The notes below the pieces were generated by a model. The model worked only from the letters and a program-made list of their open reading frames with translations, searched no databases and was not told the DNA's origin. Both the position numbers and the translations under genes were made by a program. Below, piece after piece: positions 12,972 to 25,666 of a stretch of DNA of 44,892 nt (position 1 is its first letter; every line of letters starts with the position of its first letter). The DNA is from Perkinsus chesapeaki ATCC PRA-425. Lineage: Eukaryota; Protista; Perkinsozoa. The DNA lies in contig JAAPAO010000266.1 of assembly GCA_013115145.1 (NCBI GenBank), positions 1-44,892 on the forward strand. The letters are read 5' to 3'.

Positions 12972-15125
12972 TCAGACCATCTTCAAGATCACGCAGGCGA
13001 CTTTGACACTGGAAGATGTGATAGTGAAGAGTACCTTTCTCACTAAGTAGTTTACCGGACTGCATCCACTATTACGGTAATCTGTCTCTGCCATTGACGA
13101 CTGCATTTGCAACAACGCTATTTGCTGGTCCACGAAGGCCTCCATCTCCGAAAGCTGCTCGTACTCTTCACGATCGTCAAACTAAGGAGAGCGCCTCTCG
13201 AAACTGCGGCTGTAGATTGGTCTACCTCCCGGAAGAAAGGATAAATGGTGTCGAATGCCTCTCGAAGCTGGTCTGTCATCCAAGCTGGCCGATCCGATAT
13301 GGACACTGGTATCTTATGCTCCTCACGATGGCGCTGCACCTAAAACATTACAGTGGTGAACTACAGCAGGAACCAAACGAGGGAACAAATGGTTCTACAG
13401 AAACTAGTACTAACCGAGAAACCGTTTAAAATGTATAGGAACCCTCCTCTGGCAAACACACCCGAAATGAGCCAAATAAGTCTCATACCTCTATTAAAGC
13501 GGCTATAAAGAAAACCGATTCGGAATAGAAGACTAAATAGAGACTAAATAGAAGGTGCCAATACCACTCCTTACAATGAGAAATAGTTCCGAATCGACTG
13601 GATAAGCCACTATTCACCGCCAAATTTCGGAACAACTTGTACTGCTATAAGGTTGGCGCTCCCATCCACCATGTAAATAATATATAGACCCTACTAGATT
13701 ACATTAATACAGGGGAACGCCTATCAGTATTGCAAAATTCGCCGACTGTTGAAAGCCCAGATTCGCTCAAGGGCTCTCTATAGAAATAAAATCTTTAATG
13801 CCAAAAGGAAGGAGAATTCCATGACACTTCCCCAAGATATCTTCTCCCGGCTAACACATATAAACCACACACTGCATATAATCCAATACTTGTCCCTATA
13901 GAACCTATCGTCCCAGCAATACTACCGCATCGTAAAACCATGCATGGGGATGCTCAAAGTGGATCTCCAAATAAGCCTCATTAACAACTACATATCTCTG
14001 CTCGCTCTCCTCCTCCGGCGGCGTGCCCGGGACGGCTGGTATTGGGGAGGATGCCGGCACTACTGGGTTGATCCCTGTTGTTGTGGCGTCATGGTGCAAC
14101 CTGAGAAAACATTGCCAATCAAAAAAGCAAATAGCGAGATAATATACAGTAACACTGAGTAGCACTCTCCCAGCCTAAACTGCCAACCCCAGCGAGCACT
14201 CTACTAGACGTGAATAAATCTACCGTAAAATTTTACAAGGTGTACATTTCTTCTGTGCCACCCTGCCGTAAAATATCGATATAGAGAAATATACGTGCTT
14301 CATAATTACAACGGAGTCAGCATATAAAGTATGCACAAATAGCGACCCCCTATTGATCACACCGGTACGTATCTTACTTGAGTTTATGAGATGTCTGCAC
14401 TGGATTCTCACTGGAATCGACAAAGTGGATGGTGATAAGGATGTCGAACTCACCCCAGCCTTCCTCAGTAACGATAAACGGGGCCTTCTCAACCGACCTG
14501 TTGGGTACTGCAAAGGTCTCATGAAGCTGGAAATCCACTCGCTTGATAACGTATCTGAAATTAGAGAATGAAGAGTGCACAAAACACAAAGACAACAATG
14601 TACACATATCTGTGCTCTTTTGTAGCGTGACTGCATGTGTCAAAGATAAACATATTTCACGTAGTTAATAAGGATATTCATTACCAATTGGCAGTCTGTA
14701 CTTCTCGGCAAAAATTTCGGGAAAAATAAAATATTTTTGAGTGTCGGGCAAATGGGTTATCAAGTCAGTGCTGGAGCATCGCTTAATGCGTAAAGATAAT
14801 CTACAAGCGTCTGGAGAGCCGGATTTTCAGCAGAACTACTGCCACAGCGATTCAGATCGATCAGTTCAAGCGGTCGGCTAGATTGTAGTTTCTAACGAAG
14901 GTAGACATGAAAGCGACCTCATTGAGAATCTTACGATAGATCTTCCAGTGGAGCTCCCAACATACCGCTTCTCACCTGAAAGATACCCTGAGTTTCAACT
15001 TTTAATAAAGCGGCACTTACCAGAACATGCCATCTATATAGATCACCGGCACCGTCCTTCTTAAAGGCATACGTCCCTATCACTATAGGGATATCTAAGG
15101 TTGCCCCTATTAGTCTGTGTGCCAT
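12972..15125 (-). CDS. YEATS4: YEATS-domain protein (Yaf9/GAS41 family)
   Basis: Exons read PIVIGTYAF..YRWHVLVRS..EDLSYVIKRVDFQLHETFAVPNRSVEKAPFIVTEEGWGEFDI..HKLKLHH..VVNEAYLEIHFEHP, then after a ~570 nt intron FDDREEYEQLSEMEAFVDQQIALLQ (Yaf9-like C-terminal helix). 3' end approximate. Confidence 0.9.
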
Positions 15126-15488
15126 TTTCGCTCAGTGAACCAAACCTAAAACGCTGAATACGTTATCAGACGCCGGAAATGCGATTATAGGATTGTTTAG
15201 GAGACCATAGAGATGGGATCGATTGCTCCATGAATAATGAAATCGCTCTATTATACTTCAGGGAGGCTTTCGAAGCCGTTAGACGATAAGTAATCGATAA
15301 GCTTAGTTTTGAAGGGCCTAAATATGCCGACGATTTTCAAAAGCCGGTTGAAGGAAAATCTGAAAATTAATTGTTACACTATGAGAATCTTGCTGTGCTT
15401 ATCCTCACTTGCATTTCCTCAACGGTATCTGGAAAGATTATTATCGAGCTCCGTGCTGCCGTGTGTTGATCTGAATTTCTCCTTCATA
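15126..15488. promoter_or_regulatory. Divergent strand-switch region / putative bidirectional promoter
   Basis: 363 bp between the head-to-head YEATS and CFAP96-like ATGs; the only divergence point among the protein-coding genes in the window. Function is inferred from position only. Confidence 0.5.
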
Positions 15489-18063
15489 ATGGGCAGACCA
15501 AAGGAGTCCCTCGACGAAAAACGTGCACGAATATACGAAGATACGCTCGCCGAGACCAACAAGCCACGGTAATGGGTGGGTCAGGAAACCGGAGTGGGTC
15601 GTTGAATCTACTTCGCGCGAACCTAACCTGAAGGAATCTTTTTATATGGTTCATTGCACGGTGAAGCTCTTCTGGAAAAGGACACACGGTGTTGTTCCAA
15701 ATCTCACTGAAATCTCTCATTGTCGGCAAATTCCAATTAGACAGCAACGTTACTGTCCATCATATACTGTATTCACTTTACCGTTAGCTGGTGCTGTGAT
15801 TTCATCGTATTCAGTGAGCAATGGTGAAACTCTGTGGTTTCGCTATTACACATTACGTATAGAGAGATCATAATACTATATTTACAATTAAATCCCAGAA
15901 CTTAAGATGTTGTTTAGGTTCGGTTACTTCGGCTACGCTCCCCCTCTCTGCATTGGTGAAGACAACGCCTTCAAAACAACTAAGCGGAAACGTAAGGCCG
16001 CATATATTAAGTCCGCTTTTAGTGCGTTAATCGCTGTTCAGCCAAGACCGATGAGGAGCTCCCCAATTTCGGTCGGAATGCGTTAACCAACCCTCCTAAG
16101 AAGGGCAGTGGTGTGGACGCGCTATTCTCCTTCCCGTAGTATTTGTTATCATCTGCTCTATTGAAGGCTCCTGGTTCAGGGAGCCTCTCTGTAACGGAGA
16201 TCTCTATGTGGATCCGGGTAGACGGCTTGGAAGGGATAAGGTAGGGTATAGGAGGAGAGGGGACATCTGACGGTATGATGTGTAGGGCAAGTCGGTCGAT
16301 CCAGAGGCACAGTTCAAGCCGGCTGGAGCGGTCAAGGTACCACCTAGTGCATATGAGTATGTAGAGCAACAGACAGGTAATATAGGGATAGAGGGGGGTT
16401 ATATAGGGATAGATGGGGTTATATAGGGATAGAGGGGGGTTATATAGGGATAGAGGGGGGTTATATAGGGATAGATGGGGGTTATATAGGGATAGAGGGA
16501 GTCGTACTATATTTTTTCAGGTCGCAGCGATCCCAAGGCTCTGTATGAGAAATATAAGGACTACACGTATCCGAGGAACTTCGTGACTTCCCCCGCGAAG
16601 GTTGGTGGAGGAGGGGTGCTCACTCCAGGTAGAGGCTGACTAATGCCTGGTGGGCATCATTGGACTGTTGTACTAGGGGTACTATTCACACCAGTGGCCG
16701 AGCATGTCTCGGATGATTATGATGCCATGAGGAAGATGAAGGTAATAGGGAGGATGGGGTTTTGAATCTGTGATGGTAATGTTGGAGTTACGAGTGGAAA
16801 CAAGTAGGCGCTTAAGTATGCAATTCTTCAAAGTAAAAGAGCTCCAATGAAGAGTTTTCGGATAGGAAATCACGCCTGAGTGTGAAAGTGGGTCTAAGGG
16901 ATCCATAATAAAAGCCTCACGCCTTCTTTCAACAAGACTTTTACTCTCTTCCGATGGTACCTTCGAGTCGGTGACATTTTGGCAACCGTCATCGGTGACG
17001 CGTTTTGAGACGCAGACGTCTATCTGGGTTCATTCCTCATAATGCTGACTTTCTTGTACGCGTGCGGACTCCATACCGTTCTTCTGTTTTCTTCACAAAC
17101 TCTGCAGAGTGATACAGTCTACGGTAATAACCATCGTAGAGTAGTAGTGTGTTAATCACACAGTTTCATGCCACTTAACCGCAGCCTTCAAACGGTTGTC
17201 TTTTCCAGTTTGAAGAGATGAAGCGTAATCGAGAGAAGTTGGGCGAGCAAATGCCTTTCCGTGTTGGAGCTTGCAATGATACCTCTAAGGTAAGCGGTAG
17301 ACTGTCGGTGACATTGGCGTATCTTATATGTCAGACGTTCCAGAAGAACTCGGAGCTCTACCATTGCGAACAGCCGTATGGCATACCGGTGAGCTCTCCT
17401 TCGAAGTGGAAGAGTGTTGGACTGTCTTTCAGCGCCCATTGTCGAAACCGAATGTCGCCCGAGCTCAGCATGAGATGCCATTCAGACCGACTAATCCTAG
17501 CAAGAAGGGTACAATATGGGGAAATGTGTGTCTTTACCTGAGAAAGTTTTTCGGTCAAGCGCTCAAGGGTCCTCATTGCGTCGTTGTTATGAAGATGGGA
17601 GGCGTCAAACCGGCCGGGCGTTTGAGAAAATTGGCCAAGAAATTCGGAGAAATGTTGCATCAATGTTTGCGTAACAATAGCACAGCGATACGGAATACAA
17701 TGCTATTCTAGGAATACAAAGCCTATGAGAAGTTCCGAGCATTTTCCCGCTTCCGGGTGGTGTGGAGCCTCCTTGGTCTCCCTCGTAGGTCATCAGTCGA
17801 CGATGAGTCCGTTCCCGGAGCATGTTCCAGAGCGACCGGTGGAGGCAAGACGGAGACCTAAGAGCGAGGAGGTAGGCATTTAAGCTGCTGGCTACGCACG
17901 CTGTGTGCAGGAGACCGGGCCACCGCCGTGGAAGCCGAACTCGACATCGAGGATGCCGGCCAATCCGATGCCATCTGTTGTGATGAACACGAGGAACTTG
18001 AAGGCCTCCTTCCCCAGTGCTTTTGCACGTCCTAGAGTAAGGTGGAAGATGGGCCGTTGGTGA
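15489..18063 (+). CDS. CFAP96: Cilia/flagella-associated protein 96-like (C4orf47/DUF4586)
   Basis: Phase-consistent exons: MGRPKESLDEK..NKPR/FGYFGYAPPLCIGED..RNALTNPPKKGSG..YPRNFVTSPAKVGGGGVLTPGVLF..HEMPFRPTNPSKKG/HQSTMSPFPEHVP..PWKPNS..PSVVMNTRNL. The repeated TNPxKKG motifs are typical of this family. It is absent from the ORF track because of short exons. Confidence 0.75.
16381..16500 (+). repeat. G-rich intronic minisatellite, 20-21 bp unit TATAGGGATAGAGGGGGGTTA, ~5.7 copies
   Basis: Directly visible; begins 4 nt after the intron donor (GT at 16377-16378) in the CFAP96-like gene. Confidence 0.95.
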
Positions 18064-18189
18064 TGGTGTGGATTTCAGGTTTGAGGAGACAGCTGACGAG
18101 AAGCATGTTGTGTTGTGCGATTGTTCAAACGTCTTAGTGGATTTGTGTTCTTGAGTGTGTCACTGTGTACGAAACGACTTGTAGTTTGT

Positions 18190-21100
18190 ATGTGGGCGTC
18201 GGTTTGTGTCGTTGCTGTTTCCGTAGGGCTGCTCAGCCCGGCCATCGGAGGGCCTTCTAACACCTTCGTGTACCCCCCAACCTTCTACGTCTCGACTCTG
18301 GCTTATGATCCCGCTACGCCCGAGGTACACCAGTATCAGCGGCCCGGCGATCATGTGATGACGCGCAGGCACTATCTACGATAACAGTCATCTTGGAGCC
18401 GTCGGAGACCCTCACGTCTACACCTAGTTCGGTTCTGTCTCTGCATGTCCACCTTCCTGGATTCGGATGCGTTGGCGACACTCGTAGGTGTGGGATTTTA
18501 ATCGTTGAGCAGTTTCAAGCCAAAGTGGGAAATGCCGCGGCAAGGGCGTCTCTTCCGGAGCAAGTTTTTATGTCCAGAACTTCCTTCCAAGCCCCTCATA
18601 TGCATCTTCGCTCAGGCACAGCTGGGAACTGCGAGGCTTGGTACGGTGACATTCCAGGGTCCTCAATCCCTGACGTTTGTTCGGCGGCAGCAGATCCCTT
18701 CCATAAGCTTATCACCATTACTCCTCCATCAACAGTTGAATACCTCCCTGAGTTCTCCCCCTTTGTTTATTGTGATACTGACCCAACATCACCTACAGAG
18801 GTCGGTGTGGGGCAGCGTGATAGATCTTCTTTATAGCCCTGCACTTGGGAGATGTTTGACTTGTATCGTGGCAGTGGTGTGCAGCATTTACTGATTCTTA
18901 GGATCGTGTAATCTTGGAGATCGACACTCTTCCTGCAGCTCAGAAGACTGAGTTTAATGTAAGTTGTTCAGTCATCGCTTTAAATTGAACTTACTATACA
19001 GTCTGTTTGGAATAAACCCAATAGAGTCTTCACAAGGGTTTAAGTGCGGAATTTTAAATCCAATTTTAAGTCCTAGTCAACACTGTTTAAAGCTTGTCAA
19101 TCGTAATAAGTGCTCAAAGCGGAGAAGGTCTTCAATCTGAACTTGCTTAATGGCGCTCCTGACTAAATACTTATTGCGCCTTCCATTCAGCTGTGTTGTT
19201 TCTACTTACCAACATCATCACCATTAAACAATCCTGCTCTTACGGTGAGGATACCCACCTCCACACCAGAGGTTAAGATGGAAGCTCAACCGATCAAGAA
19301 TTCCCCTGAGATAGACCGTGGCAACTATTGGCAACTGTTGCAGGTGAGAAGAACCCCTTCATAAGATCGGGGAACATAAAGGCTGCTTGAAAATTCTGAG
19401 CGAGTCAGAATCGTATTATTCTGATCACAAATATTCCAAGATAGGGACTGTTACGATCAAGTCTCGATCAAGCAACAAGATGCAACTTAGCGCCAAGAGA
19501 GTCGTATTTTCATGGATACACCTTAATTCTGTCAGAAGTTGCCGAAGGCTGCATTCGTGGCCGAGTTCAGAATTATTGTGCGCTCGGCCACGGATGCAGT
19601 CTTTGGCAAAAACCCGCTGCCTGAACTAGCTACCAAGGAACGTTCCATGGTCAGATCCAATTCGATCCACCTACCTCTCTTTATTACACACAGATGACCA
19701 TAGCAGTGCGGCCTGCACAGAGCCTGTCAAACCAAGCTAAGATAATAGTGTAATTGATTGATAGATGGAGGGTGTCGGTATGGTCTTGAAGGTACCTGGA
19801 CGAGATCACCAGGGATCCGGCTGAGACCAGCAATACCTTGTTGTTCAGCACTCCTGGTGACGACTGGACTCTTTTCGAGTGGGGTGGTTTGACAGGAAGA
19901 TGTGTCGAGGTTAATTAGGTATTTCGCCGCGTGGGACCAAGATCTGCGCAGTCTCACATTCTCACTGCGCGCGGGAGTCACACTTCGGGGCGGTCGAAAG
20001 GTGGGCGGCCGTGGAATTCCGAGAGCCTCAAGATCGATTAGGTGTCCTTCACCACACAACCGGGAGAGTTCGTGCTACCTAGGGAAGTACAGGCCAACAA
20101 TCAACGCTTCAAAGTGGAGGCGCGCAGTCGGGACCAAGTCGATGAACTCATACCACGGACGGGCGTTTTCCAGTCTGATTACGTGGGATTGCGCCCGGCA
20201 GCTTCGACGAAATGGTGCCCCCTCAGGTGCCGGGAGTGCGTACGTTTAGCGTGTCGACTCTGAGCTACTCGAGTCTGACGCCCTACGCGATTGTAGATGT
20301 GGAGTTCACCTTCATCTGCAGCAGACCTTTATTTAATGGTTTGTCCATCGGTGTGGAACGCTGCTGCTGTGAGCGCTGGGTTTTTAGGGGATAGCATCTT
20401 CCTCAAGCTGCCAGGCTTTCAGACTTCAGAGACGACGGTCCCACTCTTTGGAGCGTAGGTTTAGCTTTAAGTGGTCGGTGATGGTGGTGAACAAGCTTTA
20501 GGGTCGCCGACTACTTCCGAGAGTCGGCGGGAAGATTCGATTTGCCTTCCAACGAGCTTAGATTGGAAGTTAACAAAACCATGTAAGCTGTGTATGGGAA
20601 GATTTCGGATGGCCTAAGAAAACGATGTATACAATGGAGGAAAAACGTAAAAATGGCGTTGATGGATAAACGTAAAAATGGCAATATGAAAAATGATGAA
20701 AATATTGAAGAGTGTAAAAATTGCATATTCTGATATGATGGTGTAGTGGGGCTTCTCATGTAGAGAGGAAGTCCTTCACACGTTCACATCTATCAGATAC
20801 TTCTCAGGGGCAGAAGCGCTGCTGTTGAACCCCGAAGCAGTGCCGGGACAAGACATCCCAATCACCGTGGGGATGCGCAATCTCAAGTTGCCAGGGGCAT
20901 TGTGAGCTTATTACCGCCGCCCAGCTGGGAGCATCGCACAATATAAGATACCAGAACGATCCTTCACTGCTGCTGTGGAACAGCGACAAGATGTCTACAC
21001 CGCAAAGTGTCCAGACATCCCCGAGAGTGGGCGAGGTCGGTGGAGTTCGTCCTCCGGTTTGCTGCTTGTTCGGTGATGGTTTGGTGGCAGTTCCTTGAGA

Positions 21101-24100
21101 ATGGGGAAGTGAAGGAGTTCTTGGTGTCGGAGCTCTCATTCAGCCCGACGGAGCCGGATAACCCCTCCAGTGTAGATGGCCAGTCGACCGGCAGGCTCAT
21201 TGTTTCGAGCAGGTCACTCTGCGTTTGAGACCGAGTGTCTTTCTATACCAACAAAACCGTGTTATTTTGCACCTTTACGGCTTTAAGCTCACGAGTAGGT
21301 CTAACGGATACGATGTCATCATTAATGGGTGGCGCAGTGAAGCTCAGTGTTGGAACAGCAGCAGCTCTGAGACCTTCCTACTGCTTCAGTCCAATCTTAG
21401 CGGTGTGCTTCGGGAGGTGCGAAAACCCGACCCGAATTTCACAAAACTTTCTACAATCTCCTTTCCTTGAAACCTAGGCGACGTTCTGCAGTGACTGCAA
21501 GCCGGCTATGCTTAGGTGGAGTCACCACGCCAGAGGTCTCATCGCTTCCACTGGAGGACACCGTGGAGGCAGCCAACTTCGTAAACAAGGCTGCCGAATG
21601 GAACTCAACCGATTCCACGCTATCTTTGACCGTTGCGAACGAGAGGGTTATCCGCAATGACGTTGACACTGTGGTAGGCAGCTGACCATGTGGGGAATTA
21701 TCGGGTCACTTGAAGGTTACCGTACCGTGGGAAACCGGTCTGAAGTTGCCGTCTAAGCTTTCTGAGAACGATGGGCTTTTGACGATTGAGGCTCTCGGCA
21801 CTTATATAAAGAAGGAGTCCATTAAAATGGTGCCGGCCATCGGCCCTCCTAAGTGAGTTGACTTAGCCGTTTTTGGCTCTGGGAGTGGCTTGCCGAGATA
21901 CATCACGGATTCGAGGCTCCTGTTCGATCCGGCGGAGGCAAATGCTCAGAGCAGGATTGAGTTCGAGTTCACAGCGAACTCGGATATTTTGCCGGGGACT
22001 AGGATTCACTTTAAGCTTGGTGGCATGGAAAGGGTGAGCCAAACTGCACGGGAATTGATAGCTGTGGGTGAACGAGTTCATCAAGGGAAGCAGTGAGGGT
22101 TAATGCTTTTCGGAAGGGTGCGCTAAGGAAGGTTTAAAAGGGTTAAGTGGATAGCTTGACGGATTGCTGCCCACGGCGGCTCCTCAGAATCCATGTCAGG
22201 ACCTTGATTTTGTATACTTCTGTGGGGACTTTCAGATTTGGCGTTCGGAATGATGCAGTTTGGTTATCCATTTCCTTCTCCCGTGAGGCGTCCGAGGAAC
22301 ACGAGCACGCTCCTTAGGTCCTCTCGGGCGGCGGGAACCCTAGTGGGTTAGTTCAGTTGAGCGGGATGAATGCCCCTCTGTTTGATAACTCACAGGGCTC
22401 GTGGGACAACGGCGGTCAGCTCCTCACGGTGGTGGTCGATGCAGTTACAGTAAGGCTCACCTGGAACGGGAAGAAGTTACCCTTTACTCTTCAACAGATT
22501 CTAGCGGGCCGCCAGACAAGCTTTTTCATAGAGCAGGACCAGGGCTTCGTCCTGCCTTATGCAATGTACCAGACGGACCCCAGTCTCTATATGTAGGCGG
22601 CGCCGGCGGTGCTGCCATCTTGGCGCATCTTGGGGTTCGAAGGTACATCCCTGAAGCGGGAATACCGTCTGCCGGGACACAAGCGTTCAATTTCACCTCG
22701 AGGGTCAATAGAGCAGTAAAGACGTTTGTAGTTAGCGAGCTCGGGTGGGCCGTCTGAGCTTAGTGTGAACGGATCCCTCGTGCGCAGATATGGCGTCGGC
22801 AACGAGGTGCCCTACCCCAACACAATCTCCACCATCTTGATTACTCTGAGGCCTAATGTGGTCCTTCCACAGGGATCGGTGATACGTCTCCACCTGCCGG
22901 GGTTCCAGTGCCAGAATTCCCAGCCGCTGTTGAGGTGTGTCCCAGCTTTGTTGGTAGTGGTGGTAGATGTTGCTGCTTAGTCCTCCGACCACCAATGTGC
23001 TTGATCCTGGGTATAAGCGGTTCCTTACTGCAGACGGCGTATCTTATTATGGTAAGGTCTCCATTCGGATCGCTGCTGTGATGCAGTCTCGTGTTTGGCC
23101 GGAGTTGCCGGCGTCGTACTTACGCGAGCATGTCGCCCTAGGAATGTTTTCGGATCAATGCTTTATCCGGTGATGGTCATCAATTAGAGATGGCACATCA
23201 AGTCCTCTGTGGAGACCTCGCTCCAGCTACATATTAATTCTGCACCCACTTGATGGCTACGATCGCTCGCTGTTCTCGGGATTCTATTCAACCGGAGGAC
23301 CGGCGTAACTCCTCCCCTCGGTGGTAGTGGCGGTGGTCAGGCACCTGGAATGCCAGCCATGAGACGCTGGATCTTGAGGTCTCACCCGGTCAGAAGGTTC
23401 CTAATAACGCCCTTACCATAGTTAGACTGGACGCAGCCAGCGCCGCCCTCCGGTGAGCCTCTCGAGGGAATCGATAAGGCAGTTCCTGCAGGCTGCCACC
23501 CCGGATGGCCGAGAATGATGAAAGACTTAAGATTGAAGTCACCGCCGGACAAATGATCTTTCCGGAACCCATCAAGATCAGCCCGATGGTCGTGCCTCGC
23601 ACTTTCGACATTTCCAAGTTTGTGTAAGGCGGCGTTCCACTGAGCACTGTGGGGTGGGAGCGACCCAACAGGTACGAGCCACGCGAGGCGCTGAGGACCT
23701 TCAAAATGCTCATTACCTTGATGCCGACGGTTACCATCACCGAGGAGAGCCCGGTCATTATCAAGCTGCTGGAGTTCCAGAACATCGATCGAGAAACACA
23801 AAATATATATCTCACCGGCAAACACGCACATCTGGTCGAAGACGCCACCGCCTTGTGGGACCAACAGGCCATGGAGCTCACGTTGCGAGTGGCACCTGGG
23901 CGAACTCTGCCGGAGTTCACCGAGGCGCAATTCCAAATCGAGGAGAGCCAGGGGTTCATCTTGCCTCGCAGCCTGTATAAAAACGATCCGAGACTGACGA
24001 TCCGCTCAGTTGGCAACATCTTAGAGGAGCCGGTTAAGGACTCGCCTTTAGTGGGCGATGGACCTTATGATGAGCAGCAGTACTGCGTATACCAGTTTGA

Positions 24101-25582
24101 ACGGGGAATCAGGTGGGTTGATGATCATGTTGAACGACAAGGAAGGCCGGGCTAACTGCGGCGGCGGGCAGGTATCACATTATCAATGAAGCCAAGTACA
24201 GCACGAACGTGAATCGGCAATGCCTCTCGGAGCCAATGTGTGACCCTTGGATCACCGATCCTTGTAGCCGACGGGAGCTGGACCGCTGCGTCTGCCCTGA
24301 TCTCTACGAGGAGGCCAGTGATCTCACCATTTCGGGCTTCAACCTGTACGATGACGACAGAGTTGTGGTTGTCGATGAGGATGACGAATGCACGGCTGAC
24401 GTTGAGACCAGGATGTCACCGGTAAGCTGCCGGAAATGCTGTCAAGGTTCGCGATGTCCCAGTAGGCATGGTCGATCCCAGAGCCACCAACTGTTAACGA
24501 GGTCAAGACCCAGCTCAACTTCGCTGGAGTTCGGGCCACCGAAACGGGCCACTTTCGCATATGTGTTCTTCACTTCGGTGAGGTCTTCAACGTCGGTCGT
24601 ATAGTAGTTCGGCCCAGCTGTGAGGCCCCGTCTGTGATGGTTCAAGGCACCTGTATGAAGTACTGCCCAAGCCTCAATGTGCCGGTCGCCGGCGAGTGTG
24701 TTGTTGAGCCCACAGTGACGGCTTCAGAGACGGGGCTGATGCCGATAACTCCTCATGAGGAGGAAGATCAGGCTCTGATGGTGTCGATTCGTATGAAGTA
24801 TCCGGCGGCCGACAGCAAGAGACTTTTCAATCTCTCCGCGGACGACCCGTCACGGGATTACTTCAATTATCGTTTTACATATGAGCTGGCGGATATCCTA
24901 GACGTGGATCCCACAAGGTTCCAGATGGAGCTCATCTCTCGAGGCTCCACACCCACCCAGGCCGATCGGGTAATTGTCAGCGTAGTGTTGAAGCCAGCGC
25001 CGAAAACGGTGGTCGAGGTCCGGGCTGACGAGAAGGAACGATCGCCGTTGGCGTTGTATTATCTTCTTAAGGCGCTGCTGGAGGACACCAGTTCATTGCT
25101 ATACGACAACGAGTTCTTTGATACAGTCGATAGGACGTACCCGCTCGGGCCGGTATATGTGAAGCTGTGTGGGGGCGACCAACGCTATCGGGTCCTGTGC
25201 CCTCTGGTGCCTCTGGGCCTCAGCTCGGCCACCGCGGAGTTCTACTTTTTCGGTGCTGTAGTATTGACCACTATTTCGCTCGTGCTGTTGTGCACTTGTG
25301 TCTGGAGGCTGGATCTAGACGCCCCCGCCAAAACCGGTAAGGGCAAGCGAGCGACGTATAGGGTTACGAACGTGTCTAGTGGAGACTTGGGCTACCTTGA
25401 TCCATCAATGAGATCAGAGTTCGCCCGGTAGGCAGCACGGCCTCTTCCGAAGAGTAACTGGCCGGCCTTGTAGGTCCTGGCTTGAGGGCAGGTTGATGGA
25501 TGACGAGGCCACGGTGAGGCGCCGAGAGAAACGAGCACAGCAGAAACGGGAGGAGAAGGCAAAGGCTGCTGCACCTTCATGA
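18190..25582 (+). CDS. Very large type I membrane/surface protein (estimated 1800-2000 aa): signal peptide, seven ~150-170 aa repeats, Cys-rich and Ig-like segment, SEA-like juxtamembrane domain, one TM helix, basic cytoplasmic tail
   Basis: Signal peptide MWASVCVVAVSVGLLSPAIG. Repeated motifs such as S-x-L-x-[YF]-x-P..ITL-x-P..L-x-LPGF and LP-x-x-LY-x-NDP-x-L recur through the spliced exons. TM helix at ~25240-25305 (FYFFGAVVLTTISLVLLCTCVW). Tail ends ..RRREKRAQQKREEKAKAAAPS*. Confidence 0.8.
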
Positions 25583-25666
25583 CTGAATCATGCGCCGCTT
25601 TGTTCCCAGCCTGAGTTGTTGGGTTGTCTAGTCCAGGAGGCTGGAGGAATTCTGACCGGCAGTTTT

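Noticed and set aside
16900-17070. Minus-strand reading MESARVQESQHYEE*TQIDV.. with an in-frame TGA inside a CFAP96 intron (readthrough or selenocysteine?)
   Set aside because: Short, no recognisable domain, no SECIS-like structure seen; compatible with chance.
21864-21879. TAGCCGTTTTTGGCTC, similar to the dinoflagellate/Perkinsus spliced leader core
   Set aside because: Partial match with a mismatch and an indel, lacking the terminal AAG. It lies in a 45 nt internal intron, not a 5' UTR where relic SLs occur, and has no SL-RNA context.
23382-24019. Long minus-strand ORFs overlapping the surface protein (similarly 34056-34607, 37866-38405, 41181-41738, 42920-43219)
   Set aside because: Antisense shadows of codon-biased or low-complexity real exons.
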